DNA of 48,431 nt, from contig RFJU01000038.1 of the NCBI GenBank assembly GCA_003694805.1, positions 1 through 48,431 on the forward strand, read 5' to 3'. Below the pieces are notes generated by a model. The model was not told where the DNA came from, ran no database searches, and saw only the letters and a program-made list of their open reading frames with translations. Each line of letters starts with the position of its first letter. The stretch's first letter is position 1. Origin of the DNA: Candidatus Woesearchaeota archaeon. Lineage in GTDB: Archaea; Nanobdellota; Nanobdellia; Woesearchaeales; J110. Of the stretch, positions 27,101 through 35,734 are shown piece after piece. The position numbers and the translations under genes were made by a program.

Positions 27101-27841
27101 GGAGGTTCAAGTACGAGCACCCAACTCGTCCCCATACCGCAAGACAACCCCATCCCGCTGAACATCGTCGCGCCGGAAAACATAGTCATCACCGACGCCA
27201 ACCTCGTCCGCATCCCGGTCAAGCTCCAAAACACGTGGGACCGAGACCTCCAAGACATAACCGTCCAGGCAAAAACAAACGCGACCGGCATCGAGCTGAG
27301 CTACTCCCAAACGTTCTTTGAAACCATACCGCCAAACTCAAGCGCCAGCCTCACCATCACCGCCTCAAACTACCGCCTCGGCGAAGCCTACGAAGTCGTT
27401 ATCGAAGCAAACGTCACCTCACCAAAATTCTTCGACTCAGCCAGCGTCTTCGTCAGCGCCCTCGAAGCAGCACAAGACAACCTCTCCGTCGATCAAAAAG
27501 TCACCTTCGCCAGAGACCTCCTCAACGACAACCCAGAATGCCAAGAACTCAACGAACAGCTCGAACAAGCACGAGAACGCATAGAAGAAGGCAACCTCAA
27601 AGAAGCGGAAGCAATCATTGACGCAACCATCAACGGGTGCCGCTACCTCGTCAGCCAAGTCAGAAAGGTCGAAGAACAACCCACACTCATCACCACCGCG
27701 CTCAAAAAGAAGCCATTCCAAATAGGGCTCATCGCCATATTCACCATCCTTCTTCTCGCCACTATCGGCACCGTAGCCATGACGCTAAGAAACAAATACC
27801 ACCTCAAAGAAAAAGAAGACAGCACAAACCAAGAAACATAA
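24101..27841 (+). CDS. 1246-aa membrane-anchored cadherin/Ig-repeat (tandem-95/PKD-like) surface protein
   Basis: Signal-like helix; repeated N-D-x-P...ED...A-T-D-x-E-x-D modules; Ser/Gly linker; CARDB-like domain; helical segment; C-terminal TM. Confidence 0.88.
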   Translation: MKNNSTRTTNNHRPPPFPAGPTHSTNTNPRQGTLLLLTTLILAALILSLSSLATFTTGPQITPTGASTNDSLLCEWTATGTTITANVTWYRNGALNATENNISCTSGQPCQTPTGIDASAVMRDDEWNCTVTLYNGSTTQTQSTKTTIANADPTIIPVSDPQTLTEDTPYYYDFNATDAENDPLFWTSREINTTTNSTISPPLFRFSDPGSDEILGIISFTPDANDVGNHTMEITVTDGHEGADSIILTYIVNEVNDNPLFTVTDQNATEDIPFSYLITPTDEENDLPFNFSLTTTPASRIILIQINSTTANITFNTTNGAPDFQDGGTYNVTVTANDTRGGSTTKTFLLTVITTNQQPNLTLIQNQTWTEGQLLTFNLSANDADVNDTLTFSVNDTRFTANTINNSNNATGNVTAQLDDAHVGYYPIKITVTDIGGATDSQTVWINITNVNDAPLIHNTSQDSQNTDGSDIHNLTAYAGAPFAYHVNATDNDTLTPTGEVLTYTLNDTSKLSINATTGLVTFTPTQTDVGVHTVLVTVTDDEGLSDNETLTVTTLNNSAPAFDPITNVTCYEDLLCTAFITATDQEGDNITIMSNNTAVFNLTTYNTTTAVHNTTHNQSDVGNYTILLTATDTKGASNTTTINLSIIEQNDLPVLDTITFPTIVEEHPVLIYLHADDEDYLLNIENITFNRTFLTGKDVFNITTRFNTSNNKTYGVINFTPATNDDGFYSVNITATDKRGGTDWQVINFTIYNKTLPPNITQIKPYGNASANNAIIDAFTATTNYPNNNTPVTLNENTTYTFNHTTTDDTTAPENLTFAWYYDGSLSTTTHAYTKSFDFFSSGTHTILLVVNDDRLENATWQWTLTVQNVNRAPSLSNPLDNLTANGTTTYSSYFNFYNSQQKFYDPDDDTNSDGQVTGNETTSLTFNATTCNVATLSISGASLTVTPTSVGNCTVTFSASDGQESVTSNTVTITTTGVSESQTSTSTSSSGGGGGGGGGGSSTSTQLVPIPQDNPIPLNIVAPENIVITDANLVRIPVKLQNTWDRDLQDITVQAKTNATGIELSYSQTFFETIPPNSSASLTITASNYRLGEAYEVVIEANVTSPKFFDSASVFVSALEAAQDNLSVDQKVTFARDLLNDNPECQELNEQLEQARERIEEGNLKEAEAIIDATINGCRYLVSQVRKVEEQPTLITTALKKKPFQIGLIAIFTILLLATIGTVAMTLRNKYHLKEKEDSTNQET

Positions 27842-27903
27842 CAAAAAAAAACAGAACACAACAAAAAAAAACAGAACAAAACCGGCCCGCCGGACAGCCA
27901 AGG

Positions 27904-27954
27904 ACAACAAACCACGCCTTACAACAAACCACGCCTTACAACAAACCACGCCTT
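27904..27954. repeat. Tandem repeat, 3 x 17 bp (ACAACAAACCACGCCTT)
   Basis: Three perfect adjacent copies with no spacers, between convergent genes. Confidence 0.9.
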
Positions 27955-27975
27955 CAGCGAACAAGCAACACGACG

Positions 27976-28596
27976 CTACAGCGCCCTAATCCTCCTGTAC
28001 GCCTCTGCAAGCTCAGGATAGAGCCGCTTTCTCCTCTCCTCAGATGCCTGCTCATAATACCCAATAAGCTCCTTGTACAACCGCTTCGCCTCAGCCTCAT
28101 CCGCAAGCCTGATCTTCTCACGCAACACCTTCAACCGCTCCTCTAACTGCCTCGCATTCTCATCCACCGCATCATCCAGCGAGCTTGACTCCCGCTTCTT
28201 CCACTTGAAGCGGAGCAGGCGCTTCAAAAACGAAACACGTTCCTCCTCCTCACCGACGAGAACGTCCACCACCTTTTCGAACTCGCGCAGCGACCGCTTC
28301 AAAGCGTCAACGCTGAACTCTTCACTCCCGACCTCAAAGGATTCCATCAACTCTAAAAAACTCAAAACCTGATTGCGCACGTCATTGGTCAAGTACACCT
28401 TCTCAAGCTCTTCCCTCAACTCCGCCGCCGTGAACTCGTAGCGCTTCTGCAAGAACTCCTGAAAAAAATATTTGAAAAGCCGATACACCTCCTCTTCTGT
28501 GACGTGACCTTTCTCCAGCAAATTCTGAATCTTCTTCCTCACCGATCTTTTCAGCTCAAGCTGCGACTGAACCGGATGCTCACCTCTTTCCACCAT
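27976..28596 (-). CDS. Hypothetical helical protein homologous to the cytoplasmic domain of 5151-7064
   Basis: 206-aa ATG ORF, TATA-like box near 28627-28635; shared motifs E-[D]-F-T-x-x-[ED] and A-K-R-x-Y...Y. Confidence 0.75.
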   Translation of the reverse strand: MVERGEHPVQSQLELKRSVRKKIQNLLEKGHVTEEEVYRLFKYFFQEFLQKRYEFTAAELREELEKVYLTNDVRNQVLSFLELMESFEVGSEEFSVDALKRSLREFEKVVDVLVGEEEERVSFLKRLLRFKWKKRESSSLDDAVDENARQLEERLKVLREKIRLADEAEAKRLYKELIGYYEQASEERRKRLYPELAEAYRRIRAL

Positions 28597-28806
28597 GGTT
28601 CTAACAAAGACTTAGACGCTCAAGCGTATTTAAATCTTGCTACCGCCACCAACACGGCACTAGCCGCCTCCCCAGCCCTTTACACCAACAACAAAAAAAA
28701 AAAAACTGGGAGAAACACTCGTCGAAGCAGAAACACGAATTCCACAACCAAACACGACAAAACCACAAGGAAACCTTTTTATACTAGCAAACCGCAGACG
28801 ACCAGT

Positions 28807-29802
28807 ATGGAAAAAGAGGATGAGGGGCTCAAAGAGCGCGCAAAACACTACCAACTTCTCTTCGACAACATCAGAAAAGAAATCGCCAAACTCATCGTCG
28901 GGCAACAAGACATTGTCGACTCCCTCATCCAAGCACTTCTCTGCAACGGCCACGTCCTCATCGAAGGCGTCCCAGGCATTGGAAAAACCATGCTCATGCG
29001 CTCCCTCGCGCAAGTCACCGGCGGCGTCTTCTCCAGAATCCAATTCACGCCCGACCTCCTCCCCACCGACATCGTCGGCATCACGACCTACGAAGAAGGA
29101 CGAGGGTTTTTCACGCTCAAAGGACCGGTCTTCGCCAACTTCGTCCTCGCCGACGAAATAAACCGCTCACCACCCAAGGTCCAATCAGCCCTCCTTCAAG
29201 CAATGCAAGAGCGACAAGTCACCATCGGCAAGGAAACCTTCTCCCTTCCAGAACCGTTCTTCGTTATGGCAACCCAAAACCCGCTCGAACAACTCGGCAC
29301 CTACAAGCTTCCAGAAGCCCAAATCGACCGGTTCCTTTTCAAACTCATCATGACCTACCCAACCCTTGAAGAAGAACAACTCATCCTCACCAAGAACACC
29401 ACGCTCAACGACATGACCTCGTTTAACATCCAATCCATCATCTCCCCTGACGACATCGTCAAGGCCCAAGCATTCATCAAACAAATCACCCTCAGCAAAC
29501 GCATTGAATCCTACATCGTCCGCATCGTCGATGCAACCCGCCACCCAAAGCAATACGGCATCAACGAATACGGAAAATACATCAACTTCGGCGCATCACC
29601 TCGAAGCAGCATCGCCCTCTTCATCGCCTCCAAAGCCCACGCCCTCATCAAAGGACGCACCCACGTCACTCCCCAAGACGTCAAAGACGTGGCGTACAAC
29701 ATCCTGCGACACCGCATCCTTCTCAACTTCGAAGGCGAAGCAGAAGACATCTCAACAGACAGCATCATCAAAGAAATCCTCGACAAAGTCCACATTCTCT
29801 GA
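28807..29802 (+). CDS. moxR: MoxR family AAA+ ATPase
   Basis: Walker A GVPGIGKT; RIQFTPDLLPTD; Walker B LADEINR; ATQNPLEQLGTYKLPEAQIDRF; GASPR. TTTTTATA at 28776-28783. Confidence 0.95.
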   Translation: MEKEDEGLKERAKHYQLLFDNIRKEIAKLIVGQQDIVDSLIQALLCNGHVLIEGVPGIGKTMLMRSLAQVTGGVFSRIQFTPDLLPTDIVGITTYEEGRGFFTLKGPVFANFVLADEINRSPPKVQSALLQAMQERQVTIGKETFSLPEPFFVMATQNPLEQLGTYKLPEAQIDRFLFKLIMTYPTLEEEQLILTKNTTLNDMTSFNIQSIISPDDIVKAQAFIKQITLSKRIESYIVRIVDATRHPKQYGINEYGKYINFGASPRSSIALFIASKAHALIKGRTHVTPQDVKDVAYNILRHRILLNFEGEAEDISTDSIIKEILDKVHIL

Positions 29803-29931
29803 CAAGAACAACACACCCACGTTTTCCTCAGGGAAAAAAAAGCAAAGGCTTGAACACGCACAAAGGTTAAACAACAAAAAGAAACGCCTACAACACGCCG
29901 TCACAAAAAAAAATCCTGCAAAAAAAATATC

Positions 29932-30834
29932 ATGGCAGTCAAACACCTCAACATCAACCTTCAAAGAAGGCTCAAAAACACCACAATCGCCACCAAACGA
30001 CACATCCTCTCCCACATCCTCGAAGGCGCATGGACAACGCTCCGCAAAGGGGCAGGCATGGAATTCGCCGGCTATCGCCAATACACCTACAGCGACGACG
30101 CGAGCCTCATCGACTGGGGCGCCTCTTTGCGCGCCAAAGAAACCCTCGTAAGAGAATTCGAAGAGTACAAAACCTTCAACGTCTTCTTCCTCCTCGACGT
30201 CAGCGACAGCATGCTCTTCTCAAGCACAGGAAAGCTCAAAGCAGAATTCGCCGCCGAAGTCACCTTCGACCTCACCGTAGCCACTTCAGAAGGCGGGGAA
30301 GCCATCGGCCTCGCCCTCTTCACCGACAAACTCGTCACCGCAATCGCTCCCAACGTCGGCGGGGGCGTGATCCACCGAGTCATGAAAGAGCTCCAAAACC
30401 CGCTTAACTACGGAGGCCCCATCGACGCCGCCAAGGCGCTCCAGCTCTCCAACCTCTACCTCCCCTCCCACCAAACGGTCATCGTCCTCATTTCTGACTT
30501 CTTCGGCTTTCGCCCGGGATGGGAACGCTACCTCAAAAGCCTCGTCCAGCGCTTTGACGTCATCGCCATTATCATCCGCGACCCGCGAGACGAAACACTC
30601 CCCAAGTACGCAGGCGAATACTACGTCAAAGACCCGTACTCCGGCCAAGTTATGCTCATCGATACAAAAACCACTTCCCACATGTTCGCCCAAGCAGTCA
30701 AAGAAGAAGACAAACGACTAGCCAACACGTTCAAAGAAACGAAAACCAGCTATGTCAAACTCTACACCAATGAAGACTACTACCGAAAACTCTTCCTCTT
30801 CTTCCGGCAACTGAGCAAGAAGCGAGGAAGATAA
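29932..30834 (+). CDS. DUF58 domain protein (VWA-like MoxR partner)
   Basis: GMEFAGYRQYTYSDDASLIDW, LLDVSDSM, VLISDF; directly follows MoxR. Confidence 0.92.
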   Translation: MAVKHLNINLQRRLKNTTIATKRHILSHILEGAWTTLRKGAGMEFAGYRQYTYSDDASLIDWGASLRAKETLVREFEEYKTFNVFFLLDVSDSMLFSSTGKLKAEFAAEVTFDLTVATSEGGEAIGLALFTDKLVTAIAPNVGGGVIHRVMKELQNPLNYGGPIDAAKALQLSNLYLPSHQTVIVLISDFFGFRPGWERYLKSLVQRFDVIAIIIRDPRDETLPKYAGEYYVKDPYSGQVMLIDTKTTSHMFAQAVKEEDKRLANTFKETKTSYVKLYTNEDYYRKLFLFFRQLSKKRGR

Positions 30835-30885
30835 CAACAAAAAAGATAACAACAAAACAAGCAAGAAAAAAAAAGAACAGCCACG

Positions 30886-31836
30886 ATGTTCCTCGAATTC
30901 GAACACCCCTACTTCCTCTGGTACCTCCTCCTCATTCCAGTCCTCGTAGGCCTGCATTTCTACTACCTACGCCACGCCAGAAAGCGCGCCATCACTTTTG
31001 CAAACTTCGAAGCACTCAAGCGCGCCAGCGGAAAAAAACAAAGAACAAGAAACCTCACCCAACTCCTCGTGCGGTGCCTCGTCATTGCCAGCCTCACGTT
31101 TGCCCTCGCGAGGCCGAGCCTGTGGATTGAAAGCGAAACCAGCGACCTCGCCGTCATGATCGCAATCGACACCAGCGCATCCATGGCGGCGCAAGATTTC
31201 CGGCCAACACGACTCGACGCTGCCAAAAACATCACACGAGCAATCCTTGACACCCTCGGCCCTGCAACACCAGTGGGGCTCCTAAGCTTTGCAAGCGTGA
31301 GCTACATCAACGCCCTCCCCACCACCGACCTCGAAAACGTCAGGGACCACCTCGAAGACATCTCCCTCTCAAAAGGAGGAGGCACAGACATCGCCGGAGC
31401 GGTCATAACGGCAACGAACACCCTCCTCCACCTCAACAAAACCAAGACTGTCGTGCTCATCTCCGACGGCAGCCAAACACTCGGAGCATACACAGACACC
31501 TCCAACCGGGAAGCAATCGAGTACGCCAAGAAAAACCACATCACCATCCACGCTGTCGGGATCGGCACAAACACCGGCCCTATTGGATACCTCCCCAGCT
31601 ACTACAACCTCAGTTCTGTGTACAACGAAGCAACCCTGCGCGCATTCTCCAACGCGACAGGAGGAACCTACCTTCACCTCGAAAGCGAAAACGATCTCCC
31701 AACAGCAACCACGCTTCTTCCCCGCCAAAAAGGCCTCGCGGCCATCCCCCTCACCACGCACTTCCTCCTTCTCGTCCTCATCTTCATCATACTCGAATGG
31801 GCCCTCTCCAACACGAGATTCATCACCGTCCCTTAA
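30886..31836 (+). CDS. BatA-like VWA domain membrane protein
   Basis: F-x-x-P-x-x-L-W-x-L N-terminal TM; LARP; MIDAS DTSAS; RLDAAK; GTDIAGA; LISDG; C-terminal TM with EW. Confidence 0.92.
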   Translation: MFLEFEHPYFLWYLLLIPVLVGLHFYYLRHARKRAITFANFEALKRASGKKQRTRNLTQLLVRCLVIASLTFALARPSLWIESETSDLAVMIAIDTSASMAAQDFRPTRLDAAKNITRAILDTLGPATPVGLLSFASVSYINALPTTDLENVRDHLEDISLSKGGGTDIAGAVITATNTLLHLNKTKTVVLISDGSQTLGAYTDTSNREAIEYAKKNHITIHAVGIGTNTGPIGYLPSYYNLSSVYNEATLRAFSNATGGTYLHLESENDLPTATTLLPRQKGLAAIPLTTHFLLLVLIFIILEWALSNTRFITVP

Positions 31837-31899
31837 CAAGGCACGCCCCGCCTGGCCATCTGCGAAAGCTTATAAATCCCCTCCTGCTCTTTGCCGAAC

Positions 31900-32340
31900 A
31901 TGACCGGAATACTACTGCGTACAACGCCTGAGACCGCCTTTATCCTTGCCAGCACAGCACTTGCCTTTCTTCTCGCCCAAATCATCAAGTACTTCACGTT
32001 CCAACAAAAACAACCTGCACCGTGGTGGCGCGTCTTTTTCACCTACGGCGGCATGCCTTCCGTCCACACCGCAACGCTCGTGGCAATCACTACTAGCATC
32101 TTCCTCACTCAGGGCATAACACCCCTCTTCCTCCTCTCTTTTGTCATCAGCACGCTCATCATTCGAGACGCCATGACCCTGCGCACCAAGATTGGGCAAA
32201 ACGCCGAAAGTCTTGACAAACTCCTCCACAAGCACAAAAACCTTACCAACACCCGCCTCGGCCACACACTCCCCGAAGTAGCCGTTGGGCTGGGCATTGG
32301 CATTGCATCGACAATCATGCTCTTCTTGTTCTTCTTCTAA
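31900..32340 (+). CDS. Divergent PAP2 family protein (DUF212)
   Basis: AQIIK, GGMPSVHTA, DAMTLR, LGHTLPEV; TTATAAAT at 31870-31877. Confidence 0.9.
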   Translation: MTGILLRTTPETAFILASTALAFLLAQIIKYFTFQQKQPAPWWRVFFTYGGMPSVHTATLVAITTSIFLTQGITPLFLLSFVISTLIIRDAMTLRTKIGQNAESLDKLLHKHKNLTNTRLGHTLPEVAVGLGIGIASTIMLFLFFF

Positions 32341-32419
32341 ACAACGCTCAAACCAACGCTCGCCCCAGCAAGGTTCCCAGTAAGTTTTTTAAGGAAGGGT
32401 GCGCCTCTTGCTCTGCATT

Positions 32420-32547
32420 GCCTCCGTAGCTCAGCGGCTAGAGCATCTGACTTGTAAAACTGCACCGAACTGCCTCGCCCTCCCAAGAAACGAGGGGTTC
32501 GCGCTCAAGCGATCAGAAGGTCCGGGGTTCAAATCCCCGCGGAGGCT
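32420..32547 (+). tRNA. tRNA-Thr(UGU) with 55-nt intron at canonical position 37/38 (32457-32511)
   Basis: Exon 1 GCCTCCG...TCTGA-CTTGTA and exon 2 A-TCAGA-AGGTC-CGGGG-TTCAAAT-CCCCG-CGGAGGC-T give a full cloverleaf; BHB central helix CTTG/CAAG; U73. Confidence 0.9.
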
Positions 32548-32674
32548 TTTGCTTTCCTTTCAATGCTACAACAGCGCCCATCCCTGCCTTCTTCGCACAA
32601 CACCGCCCCCTTCTTGCGTCACGCCCGGCCCCGCCCGCGTCCTCTCGCAGCCGCCATAAGTAAATTCCACAAAG

Positions 32675-32725
32675 TTTAAATACTCCTGTCGCTTTTTTAT
32701 CGCTAACGATATGTCGGAAACGATA
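32675..32725 (+). promoter_or_regulatory. TATA box and tandem palindromic operator upstream of the PadR gene
   Basis: TTTAAATA at 32675-32682; TATCG-CTAA-CGATA (32698-32711) directly followed by TGTCG-GAAA-CGATA (32712-32725). Confidence 0.6.
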
Positions 32726-32812
32726 GTAACCTCGCGACGCTCTAAAAACAAGGACCGAAAAAAACGAACAAGAAAATAAAAAAACAGAAAAAAACGAGAA
32801 GACGCAACGAAC

Positions 32813-33493
32813 ATGACAACTCCCCTCATCCAACACAAACTAAGAATCCTCACCCTCCAAGAACTCAAAAAAAAACCGCTAAGCGGATACGACCTTGCCA
32901 ACACGATAGAAGCATCCGTGGGGTGGCGGCCGAGCTACGGCTCGATCTACCCCTTGCTTGACCGCCTCTCCAAAGAAGGCCTCATCACCGCCAAGCAAAA
33001 AAAGCGAAAAAAAGAATACTCCCTCAAAAAAAAAGGAGAGCGAGCCCTCCAAACCTTTCAAAAAGAAAACGACCAGCTCCTCAAAAAAGCCAAAGAAACT
33101 ATGAAAATCATCGCCCACCTCCTCGGCATCGACTACAAAACCCACCAAGAAATGTCATCAATACTCCTCTCCCCCACATCCCCACAAGCATTCCCCTTCA
33201 AAAACATCATGGCAAGCACCACCGCCCTCAAGCACACACTCCTCACCCTCTACCAAAAGCAGCTCATCGAGAAATACGAAAAAGAAATCAATGCCGCAAT
33301 CAAAGAAACAACCCGCAAACTCAAACACCTCATCGCAACATCTGCAACAAAAAAGAACAATACAAGCAAAAAAAGAAGAGCAGCTCAAAAAAAGAAAAAG
33401 CACAAGAAGAAAGAAGCCGCGACAGCTAAAACAAAAAAGAAAAAAGGACCAAAAACTGCTTCTGCAAAACCAAGACGAAAAACAAAAGCATGA
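32813..33493 (+). CDS. PadR family transcriptional regulator with Lys-rich tail
   Basis: PLSGYDL...WRPSYGSIYPLLDRLSKEGLI...KKEYSLKKKG winged-helix signature. Confidence 0.9.
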   Translation: MTTPLIQHKLRILTLQELKKKPLSGYDLANTIEASVGWRPSYGSIYPLLDRLSKEGLITAKQKKRKKEYSLKKKGERALQTFQKENDQLLKKAKETMKIIAHLLGIDYKTHQEMSSILLSPTSPQAFPFKNIMASTTALKHTLLTLYQKQLIEKYEKEINAAIKETTRKLKHLIATSATKKNNTSKKRRAAQKKKKHKKKEAATAKTKKKKGPKTASAKPRRKTKA

Positions 33494-34206
33494 CCAAACA
33501 AAAAAAAATCATCATCGAACTCCAAGACGTGTGGAAAACCTACACCATGGGCGAAGTCAAAGTCCACGCCTTGCGCGGACTCACCCTTCAAGTTTACGAA
33601 GGAGAATTTCTCAGCATCATGGGACCAAGCGGAAGCGGAAAGAGCACTGCAATGAACATGATCGGCTGCCTCGACGTCCCATCGAAAGGACGCATCTACC
33701 TCTCAGGACAGGACATCTCCCACCTGAGCGAATCAGACCTCGCCCAAATCAGAGGGAAAAAAATAGGATTCATCTTCCAAAAGTTCAACCTCATCAACAC
33801 CCTCACCGCAATGGAAAACATCACCCTCCCCCTCCTCTTCCAAAACACTCCCCGCCAAGAACGCATCAAACGAGCAAAACAGTTGCTTTCACTCGTCGGG
33901 CTCGAAGACCGCATGCACCACAAACCCACCGAGTTAAGCGGGGGGCAGCAACAACGCGTCGCCATCGCCAGAGCGCTCGCGACAAACCCCCAAGTCATCC
34001 TCGCAGATGAGCCAACCGGAAACCTCGACAGCAAGACCGGAAACACCGTTATGGACTTCCTCAAAAAACTCCACAAAGAAAAAGGAACAACCATTGTGAT
34101 GGTCACCCACGACCCGAACGTCGCAAAAAATGCTGACAGGATCGAAATACTCCAAGACGGAGTGATCGTCACCAAAAAAAAGCATAGAGGACAAGCAACA
34201 CACTAA
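33490..34206 (+). CDS. ABC transporter ATP-binding protein (LolD/MacB-like)
   Basis: GPSGSGKST, GFIFQKFNL, LSGGQQQRVAIARAL, ILADEPTGNLD, VTHD. Confidence 0.96.
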   Translation: MTKQKKIIIELQDVWKTYTMGEVKVHALRGLTLQVYEGEFLSIMGPSGSGKSTAMNMIGCLDVPSKGRIYLSGQDISHLSESDLAQIRGKKIGFIFQKFNLINTLTAMENITLPLLFQNTPRQERIKRAKQLLSLVGLEDRMHHKPTELSGGQQQRVAIARALATNPQVILADEPTGNLDSKTGNTVMDFLKKLHKEKGTTIVMVTHDPNVAKNADRIEILQDGVIVTKKKHRGQATH

Positions 34207-34345
34207 CCTCGACGAACGCCGAAAAAGAAAGGAAAGAAACAGAAAGAAACAAATAAAGAAAAAAAATAAAGAAAAAAACAAAACAGCAACAAAAAAAAAA
34301 CAAAAAACGAATATGAAATAAAAGAGCAAAAAAAAGGTGAACCCT

Positions 34346-35680
34346 ATGAAAAAAAACCAAACCATAACCAGAACGCACCAGCTGCGATGTCAAACCCGTG
34401 CAAGAAGGCAGGCGCCAAGGGAGCCGCTTCAAAAAAAGACCCCGTTGCTCCTCCTGCTCGCCACCATCACGACTGCAATAGCACTCCTGACAATCCTCAA
34501 CGCCGCCCCTGCCGCGGCGCTCAACAACCTCGTTGGCGAAGGAAGCGCACTCTCATCCCAACTCCTCCGCTACGAGCCAAACCCGGCAGAACCAGGGGAC
34601 GTCATCGACGCCTACGTCCTCATCACCAACAACGGCTCCGAACCCGCGCGAGGCGTTGAGGTTGAACTCGTCAACGCCTATCCGTTCAGCGCTGATAGCC
34701 CGTCAGAACAAGCAAAGCGTATCAATGAAATACCAGGACAGCAATCAGCCCTTGTCATCTTCAAAATACGCATTGACAAAGACGCTGATGAAGGAACCAA
34801 CCACATCACCATCCGCTACAAGCCTGCTGGTGCAGGGTTTTGGCGAGAAGACGAACTCCCGCTCGACATCGCAACCAACGACGCCGCCATTTCCATCACG
34901 AAGATGACTTCAACACCTCAAGAAATCCTGCCAGGAAGGCCCGCGACGATCACGCTGACCGTCAAAAACCTCGCAGACTCGCGACTGCGCGACATAGCAG
35001 TCTCCCTCAGCACAGAAAGAACGGTTGGGAGCACCACGACAACCCTCCCCATAACGCCCCTGACCACCTCTCTCGAGCAGCGCATCCCTGAACTCTTAGC
35101 AGACGAAGAAAAAACACTTACGTTCGGCATCGTGACCAACCCGGACGCCGATTCGGACGTGTACTCCATACCGGTGACCATCACCTTCAGCGACGAAAGA
35201 GACAACGACTACACATACACCGACGAAATAGGTATCATCATCAACGCCCCCCCTGCGCTCGACGTCTACATTGAATCGGCCGACGTGTACACGGACAAAA
35301 AAACAGGGGATGTGACGCTCAAATTCGTCAACCGAGGCTTGTCTGAAATCAAGCTTCTCAACGTCGAACTCAAACCCCACGAGTCATACGAACGCTTGGG
35401 AGGCTCAAGCACAATCTACATTGGCAATGTTGACAGCGACGACTTCGACACGCAGAGCATCACCATCAAGGCAAAAAAAGACAACCTCGTCATACCCGTC
35501 AAAGTCACCTACCTTGACGCCTTCAACAACCAATACGAAGAAGAACGAGAACTCGCCGTCACCCTCATCAGCTCCAAAGAGCGTAACGGTGGAGGAACAA
35601 ACTGGGTTGTCATCGTCGCTGTTCTCGCCGTTATAGCGGGAGGGATTTACTGGTGGCGAAAACGAAAAAGGAAACGTTAA
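34346..35680 (+). CDS. COG1361 S-layer-domain/CARDB membrane-anchored protein
   Basis: AGGTGA RBS before ATG 34346; YEPNPAEPGD; three Ig-like domains; YIGNVDSDDFDT; C-terminal TM followed by RKRKRKR; typical position between ABC ATPase and permease. Confidence 0.85.
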   Translation: MKKNQTITRTHQLRCQTRARRQAPREPLQKKTPLLLLLATITTAIALLTILNAAPAAALNNLVGEGSALSSQLLRYEPNPAEPGDVIDAYVLITNNGSEPARGVEVELVNAYPFSADSPSEQAKRINEIPGQQSALVIFKIRIDKDADEGTNHITIRYKPAGAGFWREDELPLDIATNDAAISITKMTSTPQEILPGRPATITLTVKNLADSRLRDIAVSLSTERTVGSTTTTLPITPLTTSLEQRIPELLADEEKTLTFGIVTNPDADSDVYSIPVTITFSDERDNDYTYTDEIGIIINAPPALDVYIESADVYTDKKTGDVTLKFVNRGLSEIKLLNVELKPHESYERLGGSSTIYIGNVDSDDFDTQSITIKAKKDNLVIPVKVTYLDAFNNQYEEERELAVTLISSKERNGGGTNWVVIVAVLAVIAGGIYWWRKRKRKR

Positions 35681-35734
35681 CCGCGCCAGCCAATCCTTAA
35701 CCAAACACTCCGACACCCTGACCAGAAACACCTT

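Noticed and set aside
27904..27954. CRISPR array
   Set aside because: The 17-bp units are directly adjacent with no spacers, and no cas genes are present.
28504..28806. N-terminal extensions in the ORF track for MoxR (also SRP54, second permease, GH57, GT4)
   Set aside because: The extensions run through promoters, A-rich spacers or neighbouring genes; downstream starts fit TATA/RBS spacing and family N-termini.
4872..32547. Integrated element bounded by the two similar tRNA sequences
   Set aside because: Both are complete tRNAs of different isotype in inverted orientation, not an att duplication; no integrase is seen.
32399..32659. 86-aa ORF over the tRNA-Thr region, or a protein-coding intron
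   Set aside because: It overlaps the tRNA, and the 55-nt intron is too short to encode a homing endonuclease.
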